64,000 nucleotides of DNA from the NCBI GenBank assembly GCA_963840035.1, contig CAWIXE010000001.1, positions 576,001-640,000 on the forward strand. The letters run 5' to 3'. Below the pieces are notes generated by a model that made no database searches, was not told the DNA's origin, and saw only the letters and a program-made list of their open reading frames with translations. A program made the translations under genes and the position numbers. This DNA comes from a candidate division FCPU426 bacterium. Its GTDB lineage: Bacteria > Oederibacteriota > PGYV01 > Palsa-1178. Below, piece by piece: positions 1 to 9,436 of this stretch (position 1 is its first letter; each line of letters opens with the position of its first letter).

Positions 1-1
1 G

Positions 2-3000
2 ATAACAACTGCAAGGCTTTATATTGACAGCGGTACTACGCCGGGAGTGCTGGACGGGTCCGACGTACAGGTGGGAGATAATGAGCCGTTTGTCATGTTC
101 GTTGTCGGGGATGGCAGGGTGGTTTTTGAAAAATCACCGCTTCTTTTCGGGGTAAGCCCGGGCACGCCAGTGGACCTTATACTTGTGGTAAGCCTGAATT
201 CAATCGGCGGAAAAAACTTCAGGGACGCGACTACGGCCGCGGACATAAACGCTTTTGACCAGGCTTTCCTGCCGGTGGTTGTATCCGGTTCGGCAACAGG
301 CAATTTCCATAATGTCATAGCACCGACCATGACAGTAACCCAGACATTTACGCCGAGCGCCACACAGACTGTGACGCAGACGGCTACGCAGACCATAACG
401 GAGATATTTACAAAGTCAGTAACACAAACGGTGACGCCGACAGGAACGTCAACAATAACTCAGACTATTACCGAGACCGTAACGCAGACAGCCACTCAGA
501 CAATAACGCAGACCGCCACTCAGACGGCCACCGAAACAGTGACTCAGACAGCAACGCAGTCAGCAACACAGAGCGTAACTGAGACGGTTACGCAAACAGC
601 GACGCAGACAGCCACTCAGACAATAACGCAGACAGTCACACAGACAGTAACCGGGACAATAACACAGACTGTAACGCAGACAATAACGCGGACAGTGACG
701 CAGACTGTGACACAGACTGTAACTGAAACAGCGACGCAGACAGCGACGCAAACCGCAACGCAGACCATAACGCAAACCGCGACTCAGACGGCAACACAGT
801 CAGTGACCCAGACAATAACACAGACAATGACGCAGACAGCAACACAGTCAGTAACTGAAACAATTACACAGACTGCTACACAGACCGCCACACAGACTGT
901 CACCCGGACCGCGACCGAAACCGTGACACAGACGGTGACCAAGACCGTGACTGAAACTGTCACACAGACAGTAACACAGACTGCCACGCCGACTGTCACT
1001 CAGACCGCGACCCAGACCGTGACGCCTACGACCGTATCCACGCCGGCGGCATACGCTTACATACAGCCTGAAATTGCGGTCAGCGGCGACAGGACAGTGT
1101 ATTCATATAAGGTAATATCGTACGGCAACGGAATGATAGACAGCCTGTTAATCGACGTGCCGCCGGGAGTGACGCTTAATAACACCCCTTCCACATCAAT
1201 GCCGGGCACGACAGTGTCAACCCCGTCGGGAGACATACTTGTTAATTACTCCACCCCGTGGAATGTTTTCTCAGGACAGGATTTTGACATCATAACATTT
1301 GACGCCACATCATCTTCAGGGGATAAATATTACGGGAGCACTTTAAACGGGCTTGTTGACGCGCGCGGCCTGACGCTTGGCGGACGCACGCAGATAGTGG
1401 CCATATCCACCCCGACATTTACCATAACAGCCACCGCAACCCCGACTTTTACCGCGACGCAGACCATAACACAGACTGTTACACAGACGGCCACTCAAAC
1501 AGCCTCGCAGACAATCACTCAGACCATAACGCAAACCGCGACGCAAACCGCCACACAGACAATAACACAGACAGCCACGCAGACCGGGACGCAGACGGCA
1601 ACGCAGACCGGCACACAGACAATAACGCAGACGGCCACGCAGACGATAACGCAGACCGCCACACAGACAATTACACGGACTATAACGCAGACAGCGACAC
1701 AGACAGCAACGCAGACAGGGACACAGACACAGACGCAGACTGTGACACAGACCGCGACTCAGACCGGGACGCCTACATATACGGTAACAGCCACTTCAAC
1801 GCCGACATTTACAGTCACGGTGACTTCAACATTTACATATACCGTGACGCAGACCGGGACGCCGACATCTACGGCCACGCAGACAGCCACACCAACCGGC
1901 ACGTTTACAATGACGGTGACGCCTACCTTTACAGAAACAAAAACGGCAACACCCACAAACACCGCGACCCCGTCAAATACGCCCACATTTACCGTCACTA
2001 TGACTTTCACTCAGACGGCTACACCGACAATGACCGCTACCACAACTGCCACTCCGACAAATACTCCGGTATTCAGGATGATGGCGCTGGCGCCGGGAGA
2101 GACTCCGCTTGCGTCAGCACCGGGGTATACGGGCACGCCGCTTACGCAGGAAGCGGGAAAACTTGTGACCATCACTGTCAGGGCTTATGACGATGTGTTA
2201 TTTAATCAGATAAATGTTTCAAACCTTATAACCATATCCTCATCGCAGAACGCCTGGACCGTACTGGATCAGGATAAAAATATGGCGGCAGGTGAGGCGC
2301 AGTTTTATGTAAGGTTCTTAAGGCCGGGTATTTATACCATTACAGCAAGGGACTTAAACGGCGAGTTTGCGGACGCTCCGACAAACTTAATACCGGTAAT
2401 AGTTACAGGCTTCGGCAATAACGCGCTTGTATCAAGGCTCATTTATAATGTTCAGACAGCCGTTAAAGGCGAAAAGAACGCGAGGGTGATGGATTTCACA
2501 GTCACAAACCCGAACTCCGGAGGGGCCCCGTACAGGCTAACAGGAGTTACCCTTACGGTATCCACGGCAGTTAATTCCGCCATAGAGCGCATAGTCATCA
2601 GGGACGGGACAAACACACAGATAAACCAGGTACCATGGGGCGCGGTAAAGCAGGTTTTTGTGCCTGTTAACATTTTAATAGACCCGCTGGCAAGCCAGAC
2701 CATATCCATAAACCTTGACATTTTAAACAGCGCGCCGGACGGGGCTTTCAGCGTTTCAATCGTGTCAGCCGCCAATGTGCTTGTGGAAAAGCTCGACGAC
2801 ACGAGGCAGTTTGTGGAAAGCTCGACAGGCACATTCCCGTACACAACCACGTCAATAAACGTCACGTCAGGCGACCTGACATCAAGCTTCTATAACTACC
2901 CCAATCCGTTCAAAGCCGGCTCGGAGCAGACCCTGATACAGTACTTCCTGGATAAGGACTCAAAAGTATCGCTTAAGATATATGACTTAACCAGCAGAAA

Positions 3001-3169
3001 AGTAAAAACCATAACAGAGTCGCAGCAGCAGACAGGCGGCATGATGTACAGGTTAAGCTGGGACGGAAGAAACGACGAGAACAAGCTGGTCTTAAACGGG
3101 GTATATTACGCGGTGATTAAAATAGACGGCGGCAAGCAGTACCATACGAAGATAATAGTGGTAAAATAA
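2..3169 (+). CDS. Large Thr-rich surface/secreted protein, 5'-partial, with FlgD-Ig/T9SS-like C-terminal domain
   Basis: Frame is open from base 2; two long (TQT[AVI])n tracts; C-terminus YNYPNPF...V(S)LKIYD...WDGRN...NGVYY...KIIVVK. Confidence 0.8.
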   Translation: MTTARLYIDSGTTPGVLDGSDVQVGDNEPFVMFVVGDGRVVFEKSPLLFGVSPGTPVDLILVVSLNSIGGKNFRDATTAADINAFDQAFLPVVVSGSATGNFHNVIAPTMTVTQTFTPSATQTVTQTATQTITEIFTKSVTQTVTPTGTSTITQTITETVTQTATQTITQTATQTATETVTQTATQSATQSVTETVTQTATQTATQTITQTVTQTVTGTITQTVTQTITRTVTQTVTQTVTETATQTATQTATQTITQTATQTATQSVTQTITQTMTQTATQSVTETITQTATQTATQTVTRTATETVTQTVTKTVTETVTQTVTQTATPTVTQTATQTVTPTTVSTPAAYAYIQPEIAVSGDRTVYSYKVISYGNGMIDSLLIDVPPGVTLNNTPSTSMPGTTVSTPSGDILVNYSTPWNVFSGQDFDIITFDATSSSGDKYYGSTLNGLVDARGLTLGGRTQIVAISTPTFTITATATPTFTATQTITQTVTQTATQTASQTITQTITQTATQTATQTITQTATQTGTQTATQTGTQTITQTATQTITQTATQTITRTITQTATQTATQTGTQTQTQTVTQTATQTGTPTYTVTATSTPTFTVTVTSTFTYTVTQTGTPTSTATQTATPTGTFTMTVTPTFTETKTATPTNTATPSNTPTFTVTMTFTQTATPTMTATTTATPTNTPVFRMMALAPGETPLASAPGYTGTPLTQEAGKLVTITVRAYDDVLFNQINVSNLITISSSQNAWTVLDQDKNMAAGEAQFYVRFLRPGIYTITARDLNGEFADAPTNLIPVIVTGFGNNALVSRLIYNVQTAVKGEKNARVMDFTVTNPNSGGAPYRLTGVTLTVSTAVNSAIERIVIRDGTNTQINQVPWGAVKQVFVPVNILIDPLASQTISINLDILNSAPDGAFSVSIVSAANVLVEKLDDTRQFVESSTGTFPYTTTSINVTSGDLTSSFYNYPNPFKAGSEQTLIQYFLDKDSKVSLKIYDLTSRKVKTITESQQQTGGMMYRLSWDGRNDENKLVLNGVYYAVIKIDGGKQYHTKIIVVK
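330..1030 (+). repeat. Degenerate 12-bp coding tandem repeat ([12 protein letters not shown])
   Basis: acNcagacNgcN-type units repeated dozens of times. Confidence 0.9.
1410..2065 (+). repeat. Second Thr-rich coding repeat tract (TQTx grading into TPTx)
   Basis: Same 12-bp periodicity in DNA and protein. Confidence 0.85.
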
Positions 3170-3630
3170 TGGCGAAAAAAAACACGAACACGGCGGTCAT
3201 CAAAAACAGGAAAGCGTATTACGACTATGAAATACTAGAAAAATACGAGGCGGGAATAGTCCTGCAGGGCACGGAAGTAAAATCCATCCGTGAAGGCAGG
3301 GTGGACATAAAAGACGCCTTTGCCAGGATGTTCCGCGACGAACTATGGCTGATGAACTGCCACATAAACCCCTACACCCACGGAAACATAAACAACCACG
3401 ACCCGTTAAGGGACAGGAAGCTTTTAATGCACAGGAGCGAGATAATAAAACTCGTTGGAAAAATACAGAAAAAAGGGTTCAATTTAATAGCTCTCTCCAT
3501 GTATTTTAAGGACGGCAAGGTAAAGGTGGAGCTCGGGCTCGGAGTGGGGAAGAAGGCTTATGATAAGAGGGAGTCGATAAAGAAAAAGGACATACAGAGG
3601 GAAGAAGGAAGGCATGATATAAGGATGTAG
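3169..3630 (+). CDS. smpB: SsrA-binding protein SmpB
   Basis: NRKAYYDY...EAGIVLQGTEVKSIR...RKLLMHRSEI...KKAYDKR motifs; lies near tmRNA. Confidence 0.98.
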   Translation: MAKKNTNTAVIKNRKAYYDYEILEKYEAGIVLQGTEVKSIREGRVDIKDAFARMFRDELWLMNCHINPYTHGNINNHDPLRDRKLLMHRSEIIKLVGKIQKKGFNLIALSMYFKDGKVKVELGLGVGKKAYDKRESIKKKDIQREEGRHDIRM

Positions 3631-3679
3631 GGAAAGGCTGTAAAACAAATACCGCAAAAATATTATTTTTTTAATCGTG

Positions 3680-4183
3680 TTAATGTTTCTCTAATGATTC
3701 AAAATTTTGTTGTAAAAGCATATAAATACTGATTACGGTAAAAAATAAACCAATAGCGGCATCTGAAACATATATGTTTGAAAAACTAAAATGCTGAACG
3801 TTTCGCAATATTTCAACAGAGTTCTCAATTAATTTCGGTAAATAATCCACTAGACACACCAATACAAATGATTTAATAATTAAAATGGTAGTTTTTTTAT
3901 CAAAATTTTTGGCCTTTATATTTATAATTTTTTTATCGTTGTTTATAATTATATTTGATAATGTTTTAGAACCCGCAAACAAAAGCAAAACGACGATTAA
4001 GTTTAGGCATGAATAAAACAATGTTAAAAATATTGCAAGGTTTTTTTGATAATCTGTTTCAAATTTATAAACCGACCCAACAGAATATAGGGCAATCCCT
4101 AAAGATTGTAAAAAAAACAAAATGAAAACAAATGATAAAAACTTCAGCATGTATTCCATGATTTTTTTGGTTGTTATAATCAT
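3680..4183 (-). CDS. Hypothetical ~4-TM membrane protein
   Basis: AT-rich ORF with four hydrophobic segments; overlaps the stop of the upstream gene. Confidence 0.65.
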   Translation of the reverse strand: MIITTKKIMEYMLKFLSFVFILFFLQSLGIALYSVGSVYKFETDYQKNLAIFLTLFYSCLNLIVVLLLFAGSKTLSNIIINNDKKIINIKAKNFDKKTTILIIKSFVLVCLVDYLPKLIENSVEILRNVQHFSFSNIYVSDAAIGLFFTVISIYMLLQQNFESLEKH

Positions 4184-4728
4184 TTTGATTGATTGTTCTT
4201 AGGATAGATATAATTTACTATCTTCGTTGCATAGTAAATAAAGCATAAACCAAGTATCACCATAAATATAGCCGCAACGATTTTTGATGTGCCATAAGAT
4301 AAAAATTTTATGCCTTCGGTCGACACCCCATAATCTTTGTTATAAGTAAAATATGTCAAAGATTGGGAAAACTTGTTCACATAGTTCAATAGTACAGTCC
4401 AGCCTGTTGTGACTATTATGAGCTCAAATACAGAGCTTGCGTTCTTGCCATCTTTAAAAAATGTGATCTTCATGTCGGTTTTCATTGTTTCATTGGTTAT
4501 ATATTCTGTTTTTCTCAATAAAAAATAGGAAATTATAAAATATGCAATAGGCACCAATGCCAGCAAAACAACTCTGATAGCATCGCTTGAATCAAGAATA
4601 TAATGATTATCAAGAGGTTTTTTTGCAATGATGGATAAAACACCCACCGGCAGCGTTGTACACCCTAAAATTATTGAATATATACCTAACACCTTTAAAA
4701 TTAGCTTATAAATTTCCTTTTTTGTCAT
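4180..4728 (-). CDS. Hypothetical ~4-TM membrane protein, probable paralogue of 3680-4183
   Basis: G-rich RBS upstream; similar hydrophobic pattern. Confidence 0.7.
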   Translation of the reverse strand: MTKKEIYKLILKVLGIYSIILGCTTLPVGVLSIIAKKPLDNHYILDSSDAIRVVLLALVPIAYFIISYFLLRKTEYITNETMKTDMKITFFKDGKNASSVFELIIVTTGWTVLLNYVNKFSQSLTYFTYNKDYGVSTEGIKFLSYGTSKIVAAIFMVILGLCFIYYATKIVNYIYPKNNQSK

Positions 4729-4865
4729 TTATCCCCACCCCTTTTACTTACTGAATATAGGTATATTTTATCACCTTAAATCTTTATTTTCAAGAAATGA
4801 GTTGAATTATACTGTTTTAGCAAGTATATTATATATGCTTTCTGATCTATTACCCTTTACCATAT

Positions 4866-5203
4866 GGGGGCGACCGGATTCGACAGGTCTCGCGTAGATG
4901 TAAGGAGCATGCCAGTGCCCATGTCACTGTATAAACGTGGAACACGTAACTGCAAACGATTACGCTTTAGCAGCATAAGCTGCACCTCTTCTACTTCTTT
5001 TGCCTGCGGGATATAGAAGGGGACCAACAGCAGGCCGCTCAGTTAAGCGTTCTCCTTGCTTAGCTGCTAAGACTAAGGGAGAGTAGCGCCGGGTGATTGT
5101 GTCCGGTCAAGCAAACGGCGCGAAACCAAATACCGGAACAAGCATGTAGCCGCCTTTATCGAAACAGGTCTGGACGTGGGTTCAAGTCCCACCGCCTCCA
5201 CCA
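4866..5203 (+). ncRNA. ssrA: tmRNA
   Basis: 5' GGGGGCG pairs with 3' CGCCTCC-ACCA with G3:U; GGATTCGAC 5' motif; T-arm GTGGGTTCAAGTCCCAC; tag frame GCA AAC GAT TAC GCT TTA GCA GCA TAA (ANDYALAA, 4952-4978). Confidence 0.97.
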
Positions 5204-6694
5204 ATTATTGTTTTTCATTTTATAGAGAAATGAAAAATGATTTTTTACCGAAAAAGAAAGAGTTTTATTGGTAATCAAAGAGTTCAATAGTAGGATTTTC
5301 AAAAAATCACCCTGTTGAGCGAAAGTAAGAGTTTTATATCGATAAATAAAGAGATTCACGAGTTCAATAGTAAAAAGTGCTTTGTCGAGAGAACGACCCG
5401 AAAAACCCTTCCTCGCGTCAACCAACTGGGCCTCAACGTTCCTTATGAGGCCCATATACTCGGCGTTCTTTTCTTTCCAGAACGCCTCGTCAATCCTGCG
5501 GTCCGCCCGGTCGTCGTAAAGAGTGGAAACCCGACCAGTCAAAATTTTCTTTTCATTTTCCAACCGCGATATTGTCTGAGCGGAAATCTCATTGTCATTA
5601 CTGGCAGCGTTGGTCAGATGCTGCTTGATTGACTTTATGGCCTCGGCTGGCAAGTGTAACGGCGCAATTTGAGTGTGGAACAGTTTAGACATTTCCTCTG
5701 GTGAGATATAACAGTTCTTATGCTTACCCCTACCAAGAGTGCAATGATATCTTTCATACTTTCCCTTCTTATAAAACGTTCCAATAACCGAACACCCACA
5801 GAGCCCACATTTCAAAATACCGTTGAATGGAAACTTTACACAGCGTTCTTTTTGTTTGCGCGGGAAAACACCATAAGAGTCCTGTGCTTTTTGCCACAGG
5901 TCTCTTGAAACCAGAGGTTTGTGCGCGCCTTTATAGAACCCACCGTTCCAATTAAACTCGCCATAATAAAACGGGTCGCGTAATAACTTTGCCATTCTGG
6001 ACCTAACAACTCTCATGTTCCCTGGAAACTTAGTACCCAACTTGCGAGACCTCAAACCCTTTTGGTAGAGTATCTCTACTATCTCGTCTATGGTTTTATA
6101 CTTGGCCTTTAACTCAAAAGCCATTTTAACAAGCGGTCCACGGACAGGGTCGATATCAAGGACCTTTGTGACAGAGTTGTTAAGATAACCCAGCGGTGCT
6201 ATAGCCGGGAACTGGCCTTTCTCTACCGTAGAGTCCATACCTTTGCGGATACGTTTGGAAAGGTCGGCCGAATATTTTTCAGCCATTAAGACCTCTATCC
6301 CGAACATAAAAAATTCATCACTATCGGAATACTTATGTAGTTTCTTGTTAGTTCGGGCGAAATGAACCGTAACGCCGTCGTGTCGTATCAGTTTGCGAAC
6401 TCTGATTTTATCATCCTCATTTCTGGTCATTCTATCCGGGACATCAAAGACAAGGTGTTTGATTTTATTTTTTGCAACGTAGTCCAACATCTCTACAAAG
6501 TTCTTACGAACCCGGTCGCCGTCGTCCTTGCTGTCGTTTTTCCAAGCCGATTCAGGCCCGCGCCACAACTTTACTATTTCCAAACCGTTCAAATCCGCGT
6601 AATGCCTACCTGTTTTTTCTTGTGAGTCCATGCTTGTGTTGTCCTGTTGTTCCTCTGAAGAAACCCGGACATATAAAACCGCCAATTCTTTCAT
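5156..6694 (-). CDS. Large serine recombinase (integrase)
   Basis: YVRVSSEEQ catalytic Ser motif, DRMTRN, recombinase domain (PLGY...PFYYG...HKPLVS), Zn ribbon CGLCG...YHC, coiled coil. Confidence 0.95.
   Translation of the reverse strand: MKELAVLYVRVSSEEQQDNTSMDSQEKTGRHYADLNGLEIVKLWRGPESAWKNDSKDDGDRVRKNFVEMLDYVAKNKIKHLVFDVPDRMTRNEDDKIRVRKLIRHDGVTVHFARTNKKLHKYSDSDEFFMFGIEVLMAEKYSADLSKRIRKGMDSTVEKGQFPAIAPLGYLNNSVTKVLDIDPVRGPLVKMAFELKAKYKTIDEIVEILYQKGLRSRKLGTKFPGNMRVVRSRMAKLLRDPFYYGEFNWNGGFYKGAHKPLVSRDLWQKAQDSYGVFPRKQKERCVKFPFNGILKCGLCGCSVIGTFYKKGKYERYHCTLGRGKHKNCYISPEEMSKLFHTQIAPLHLPAEAIKSIKQHLTNAASNDNEISAQTISRLENEKKILTGRVSTLYDDRADRRIDEAFWKEKNAEYMGLIRNVEAQLVDARKGFSGRSLDKALFTIELVNLFIYRYKTLTFAQQGDFLKILLLNSLITNKTLSFSVKNHFSFLYKMKNNNWWRRWDLNPRPDLFR
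5187..5204 (+). repeat. Left att core TCCCACCGCCTCCACCAA
   Basis: Identical to 17928-17945; is the tmRNA 3' end. Confidence 0.93.
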
Positions 6695-6816
6695 GACACA
6701 CCACCGTAAAAAGATTTGTTGTGGACTCTAACGCGTGAGTGATTTTAAGTCAAGAAATACCAATTTAGACCAAATTAATTAGTTTTTGTCTATTTTTGTT
6801 TTTGCGTAAATAATTG

Positions 6817-6844
6817 TTGACAAGCGGTATTTCCATGATATATT
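6817..6844 (+). promoter_or_regulatory. Sigma70-like promoter
   Basis: TTGACA-N16-TATATT with TGn extension. Confidence 0.6.
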
Positions 6845-7004
6845 TGCGCTGGCAGAAAGAAATTAAGTCGCGCTTTGTTTGTGGGGTTCGCAAGCCCACA
6901 GTATGGGCGACACCCAGCCACGCGGGATATGCGCTCCGGGCTGATTAACTCATGAAGTCAGTAGACGGATTCACGAGTTTAAATCAGTGCAAGGAGCAGC
7001 GCAA

Positions 7005-7121
7005 ATGCCCAGAAATCCGAACATCAATAACCCCTGCGTTATAGGTCTGTCCGTAATTACTGTTTGCCTGCTCACTCATCTTATGTTCTGCAACGTGAAA
7101 CCAATCTTAAAATATTTTTAA
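7005..7121 (+). CDS. Small hydrophobic peptide, 38 aa (MPRNPNINNPCVIGLSVITVCLLTHLMFCNVKPILKYF)
   Basis: AAGGAG at 6991-6996, 8 nt before ATG; one hydrophobic segment; not in the supplied ORF track. Confidence 0.45.
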   Translation: MPRNPNINNPCVIGLSVITVCLLTHLMFCNVKPILKYF

Positions 7122-7222
7122 TTTAAGGTCATAAATCTGCTTATGTTTTTATATTTACAGAAGAGATAGGAACGGAAAGGACAGGAGTTCGAAGGCATGT
7201 CGTGCCGAAAAAGGAGTAGTAA

Positions 7223-8611
7223 ATGGTCAATCAAAACAACGCAAATGACAAGAATCAGAGGCCTGGTGGGACACCATTAAGTCCGATACACGGACAATGC
7301 TCCATCCCAAACGACAACCATGCCTCTGATATTTTTTTATCCCCTAAACAATACTATCGAGTATCAGTTGAAATTGCTCAATGGGCACATTCCGCTAATA
7401 TTAAATCTGCCAACCATAAAGGACAACACAAGTACGGAATCGCCGATTCTCTGGTTTACTCTGTGTTATTTGAAAGGTTTTGTTTCTATTTTAGTCAAGA
7501 CCAGTTAAAAGATGGTTGGTTCTACCAAAGTATCAGACAATTATCCAAAGCCACAGGTTTGTCTTTAAAACGAGTGCATATAGCATTGCGGTTACTTTCG
7601 AGGCATCAAGGTAATTGTATTGAGGTTAGAAAAGGCAATGCAAGTGTTGGAGAAGCAAATTGGTATAAAATTGTCAACGCCGAACTTGAACCAAGATATA
7701 CAAAAACGATAGGTTCAAAATGCAAAAATATGAATTATAAAAAAACATGCAATTACTGCTCGTATTTTATTGAATGTCAAAAAAAGAAACTTTTGATATA
7801 TATTCCCGGGAATAAAATCTTTGCACCCATAAGAAACAAATACATAACTATCCCCCCACGCATTGTAAAGACCCTTGGTATTAATGCTGCAGCGATTTAT
7901 GGAGTATTAAAAGGACAGCAAATAACAAACTTAAAGAAAAGCAAACATGATGCCCAAAAATCCATTTCTAAATTGTCCAATTTGCTTATGTTAAAACCCG
8001 ACACGGTAATAAGCAACCTAAAGAAACTTGAAAGTAAAGGACTTATAGTTATCAGCAGAAAAATGCGTGGTAATTGTAATACTTACAAAACAAACCCAAT
8101 AAACAAAGTTATACCTGTTTCCAAATCCAACGACGCCACCCCTATTCAGCCACAGCCCTGTTCCAATATGGATACAGGTTTAGTACATGGGACTACCCCC
8201 ATTCAGCCACGGGGTAGTCCCATTCAGAAACATATAATAAATAAAACAAGTAAATATACAGACAGTAAGACATTAAATACACATATAGAAATAGTTAAAT
8301 GCGGCCAAGAAGAAATGGCCGCATGTGAAGATATATTTCTTTTTGAAGAACAAAACCAAAAACCCTCAATATGTGAAGTGTCTTGTTTTGATAAGTGTAA
8401 CTCTAATGAAGGAAGTGTTTTTGGAAATGGGTTTGGTGGTTATGGATGGACCATTGCGAAGTTACGTAGCGAAGGCATGGCGGATGCCGATATCAAGTCA
8501 TTGGTTGCGGAACAACAGCAGCAGTTACAATTCGGGATAGTGCATGACTTGGTGCGTATTTTTTCTATGTCTTACGCATGTCCCAGAGAGGAGGTGGAAA
8601 ACGACAAGTAA
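7223..8611 (+). CDS. Putative replication initiator with two winged-HTH domains
   Basis: WFYQSIRQLSKATGLS...ALRLL and SISKLSNLLML...LKKLESKGLI wHTH patterns; AAGGAG RBS; internal DNA repeats. Confidence 0.6.
   Translation: MVNQNNANDKNQRPGGTPLSPIHGQCSIPNDNHASDIFLSPKQYYRVSVEIAQWAHSANIKSANHKGQHKYGIADSLVYSVLFERFCFYFSQDQLKDGWFYQSIRQLSKATGLSLKRVHIALRLLSRHQGNCIEVRKGNASVGEANWYKIVNAELEPRYTKTIGSKCKNMNYKKTCNYCSYFIECQKKKLLIYIPGNKIFAPIRNKYITIPPRIVKTLGINAAAIYGVLKGQQITNLKKSKHDAQKSISKLSNLLMLKPDTVISNLKKLESKGLIVISRKMRGNCNTYKTNPINKVIPVSKSNDATPIQPQPCSNMDTGLVHGTTPIQPRGSPIQKHIINKTSKYTDSKTLNTHIEIVKCGQEEMAACEDIFLFEEQNQKPSICEVSCFDKCNSNEGSVFGNGFGGYGWTIAKLRSEGMADADIKSLVAEQQQQLQFGIVHDLVRIFSMSYACPREEVENDK
8113..8260. 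repeat. Origin-like cluster inside the rep-like gene
   Basis: CC(T/C)ATTCAG three times; perfect 13-bp inverted repeat ATGGGACTACCCC/GGGGTAGTCCCAT (8187-8223); A-rich tract follows. Confidence 0.6.
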
Positions 8612-8654
8612 AAGAAATGTACTTTGATTAACTCTACGGAGAAAGGAGTCAGTT

Positions 8655-8849
8655 ATGCGCAATAGAACGGAATGGAAAGACCCGGATGAGGTTATGTTCG
8701 GGGAGTACATAGACCCGGACGAACGTAAGTTCGAGGTCTGGCACGGCCCAGAGGAAGCCGCGGTGGCCCACTGGATTAAAACGATAGAAGAACGCAGGAA
8801 AACACCCGGATACCAGAATCTACAAGGAGGAAAAAAATGGGAAGAGTAA
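8655..8849 (+). CDS. Small hypothetical protein
   Basis: AAAGGAG RBS; operon-like position. Confidence 0.6.
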   Translation: MRNRTEWKDPDEVMFGEYIDPDERKFEVWHGPEEAAVAHWIKTIEERRKTPGYQNLQGGKKWEE

Positions 8850-9382
8850 AACAATGGGTAATAGAAATGCAAGAGTGTGGATACATAGGTGAAAAACTTA
8901 CTGTTCCAGGATACGAGGGAAAGAAAACAAAATTCAGGAGGCCAACAATGGTTGACTTTAAAGAAGAGGTTTTTGATTTAAGCATGAAGCAGATAGAAGA
9001 TGGCGATTTCAACAAAAAAGTCGAGGCAACTGCGACACTAAGCAGAGACGACCATCGGTATTGGAAAGAAGTACTTTATCAAAACGCAAGGACCGGGTAC
9101 TACTACCTTGTAGTAGAAGGCGGATGCATATCACCTTGGGGACAGATGATAGAAAACCCTTCCAATATAGTTTATTGGACCAGCATGGGCAAATTGTACA
9201 TTGAAGGAAAAAAAGGCGAGGAAAAAGTATACGCGCCATGCCAGAGGATATACACTCTCGTTGGCCAAGAGGAAGAAGCCCTTTGGATTAAAAAAGTAGA
9301 AACAGAAGAAAAAATGGGTATATGTAAAATCGAGAGATTTACCCAAGAAAAAAAGATTGAGTCCATTCCATACGTTGGGTAG
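8837..9382 (+). CDS. Hypothetical protein, paralogue of 9437-9895
   Basis: AAGGAGG RBS; shared YWxExLY...Y(L/I)VxxGGxxSPW motif. Confidence 0.75.
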   Translation: MGRVKQWVIEMQECGYIGEKLTVPGYEGKKTKFRRPTMVDFKEEVFDLSMKQIEDGDFNKKVEATATLSRDDHRYWKEVLYQNARTGYYYLVVEGGCISPWGQMIENPSNIVYWTSMGKLYIEGKKGEEKVYAPCQRIYTLVGQEEEALWIKKVETEEKMGICKIERFTQEKKIESIPYVG

Positions 9383-9436
9383 TAAATGCTTTAATCAAGA
9401 CAGGTTGAGAGCAAACACTCTTGCCTATACTAAAAC

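Noticed and set aside
19..2010. Minus-strand Val/Cys-rich ORFs
   Set aside because: Antisense shadows of the Thr-repeat gene
5156..5203. Separate tRNA gene
   Set aside because: The T-arm and CCA belong to the tmRNA; there is no anticodon arm
6842..7222. Retron msr-msd or group II intron RNA
   Set aside because: No reverse transcriptase in the window
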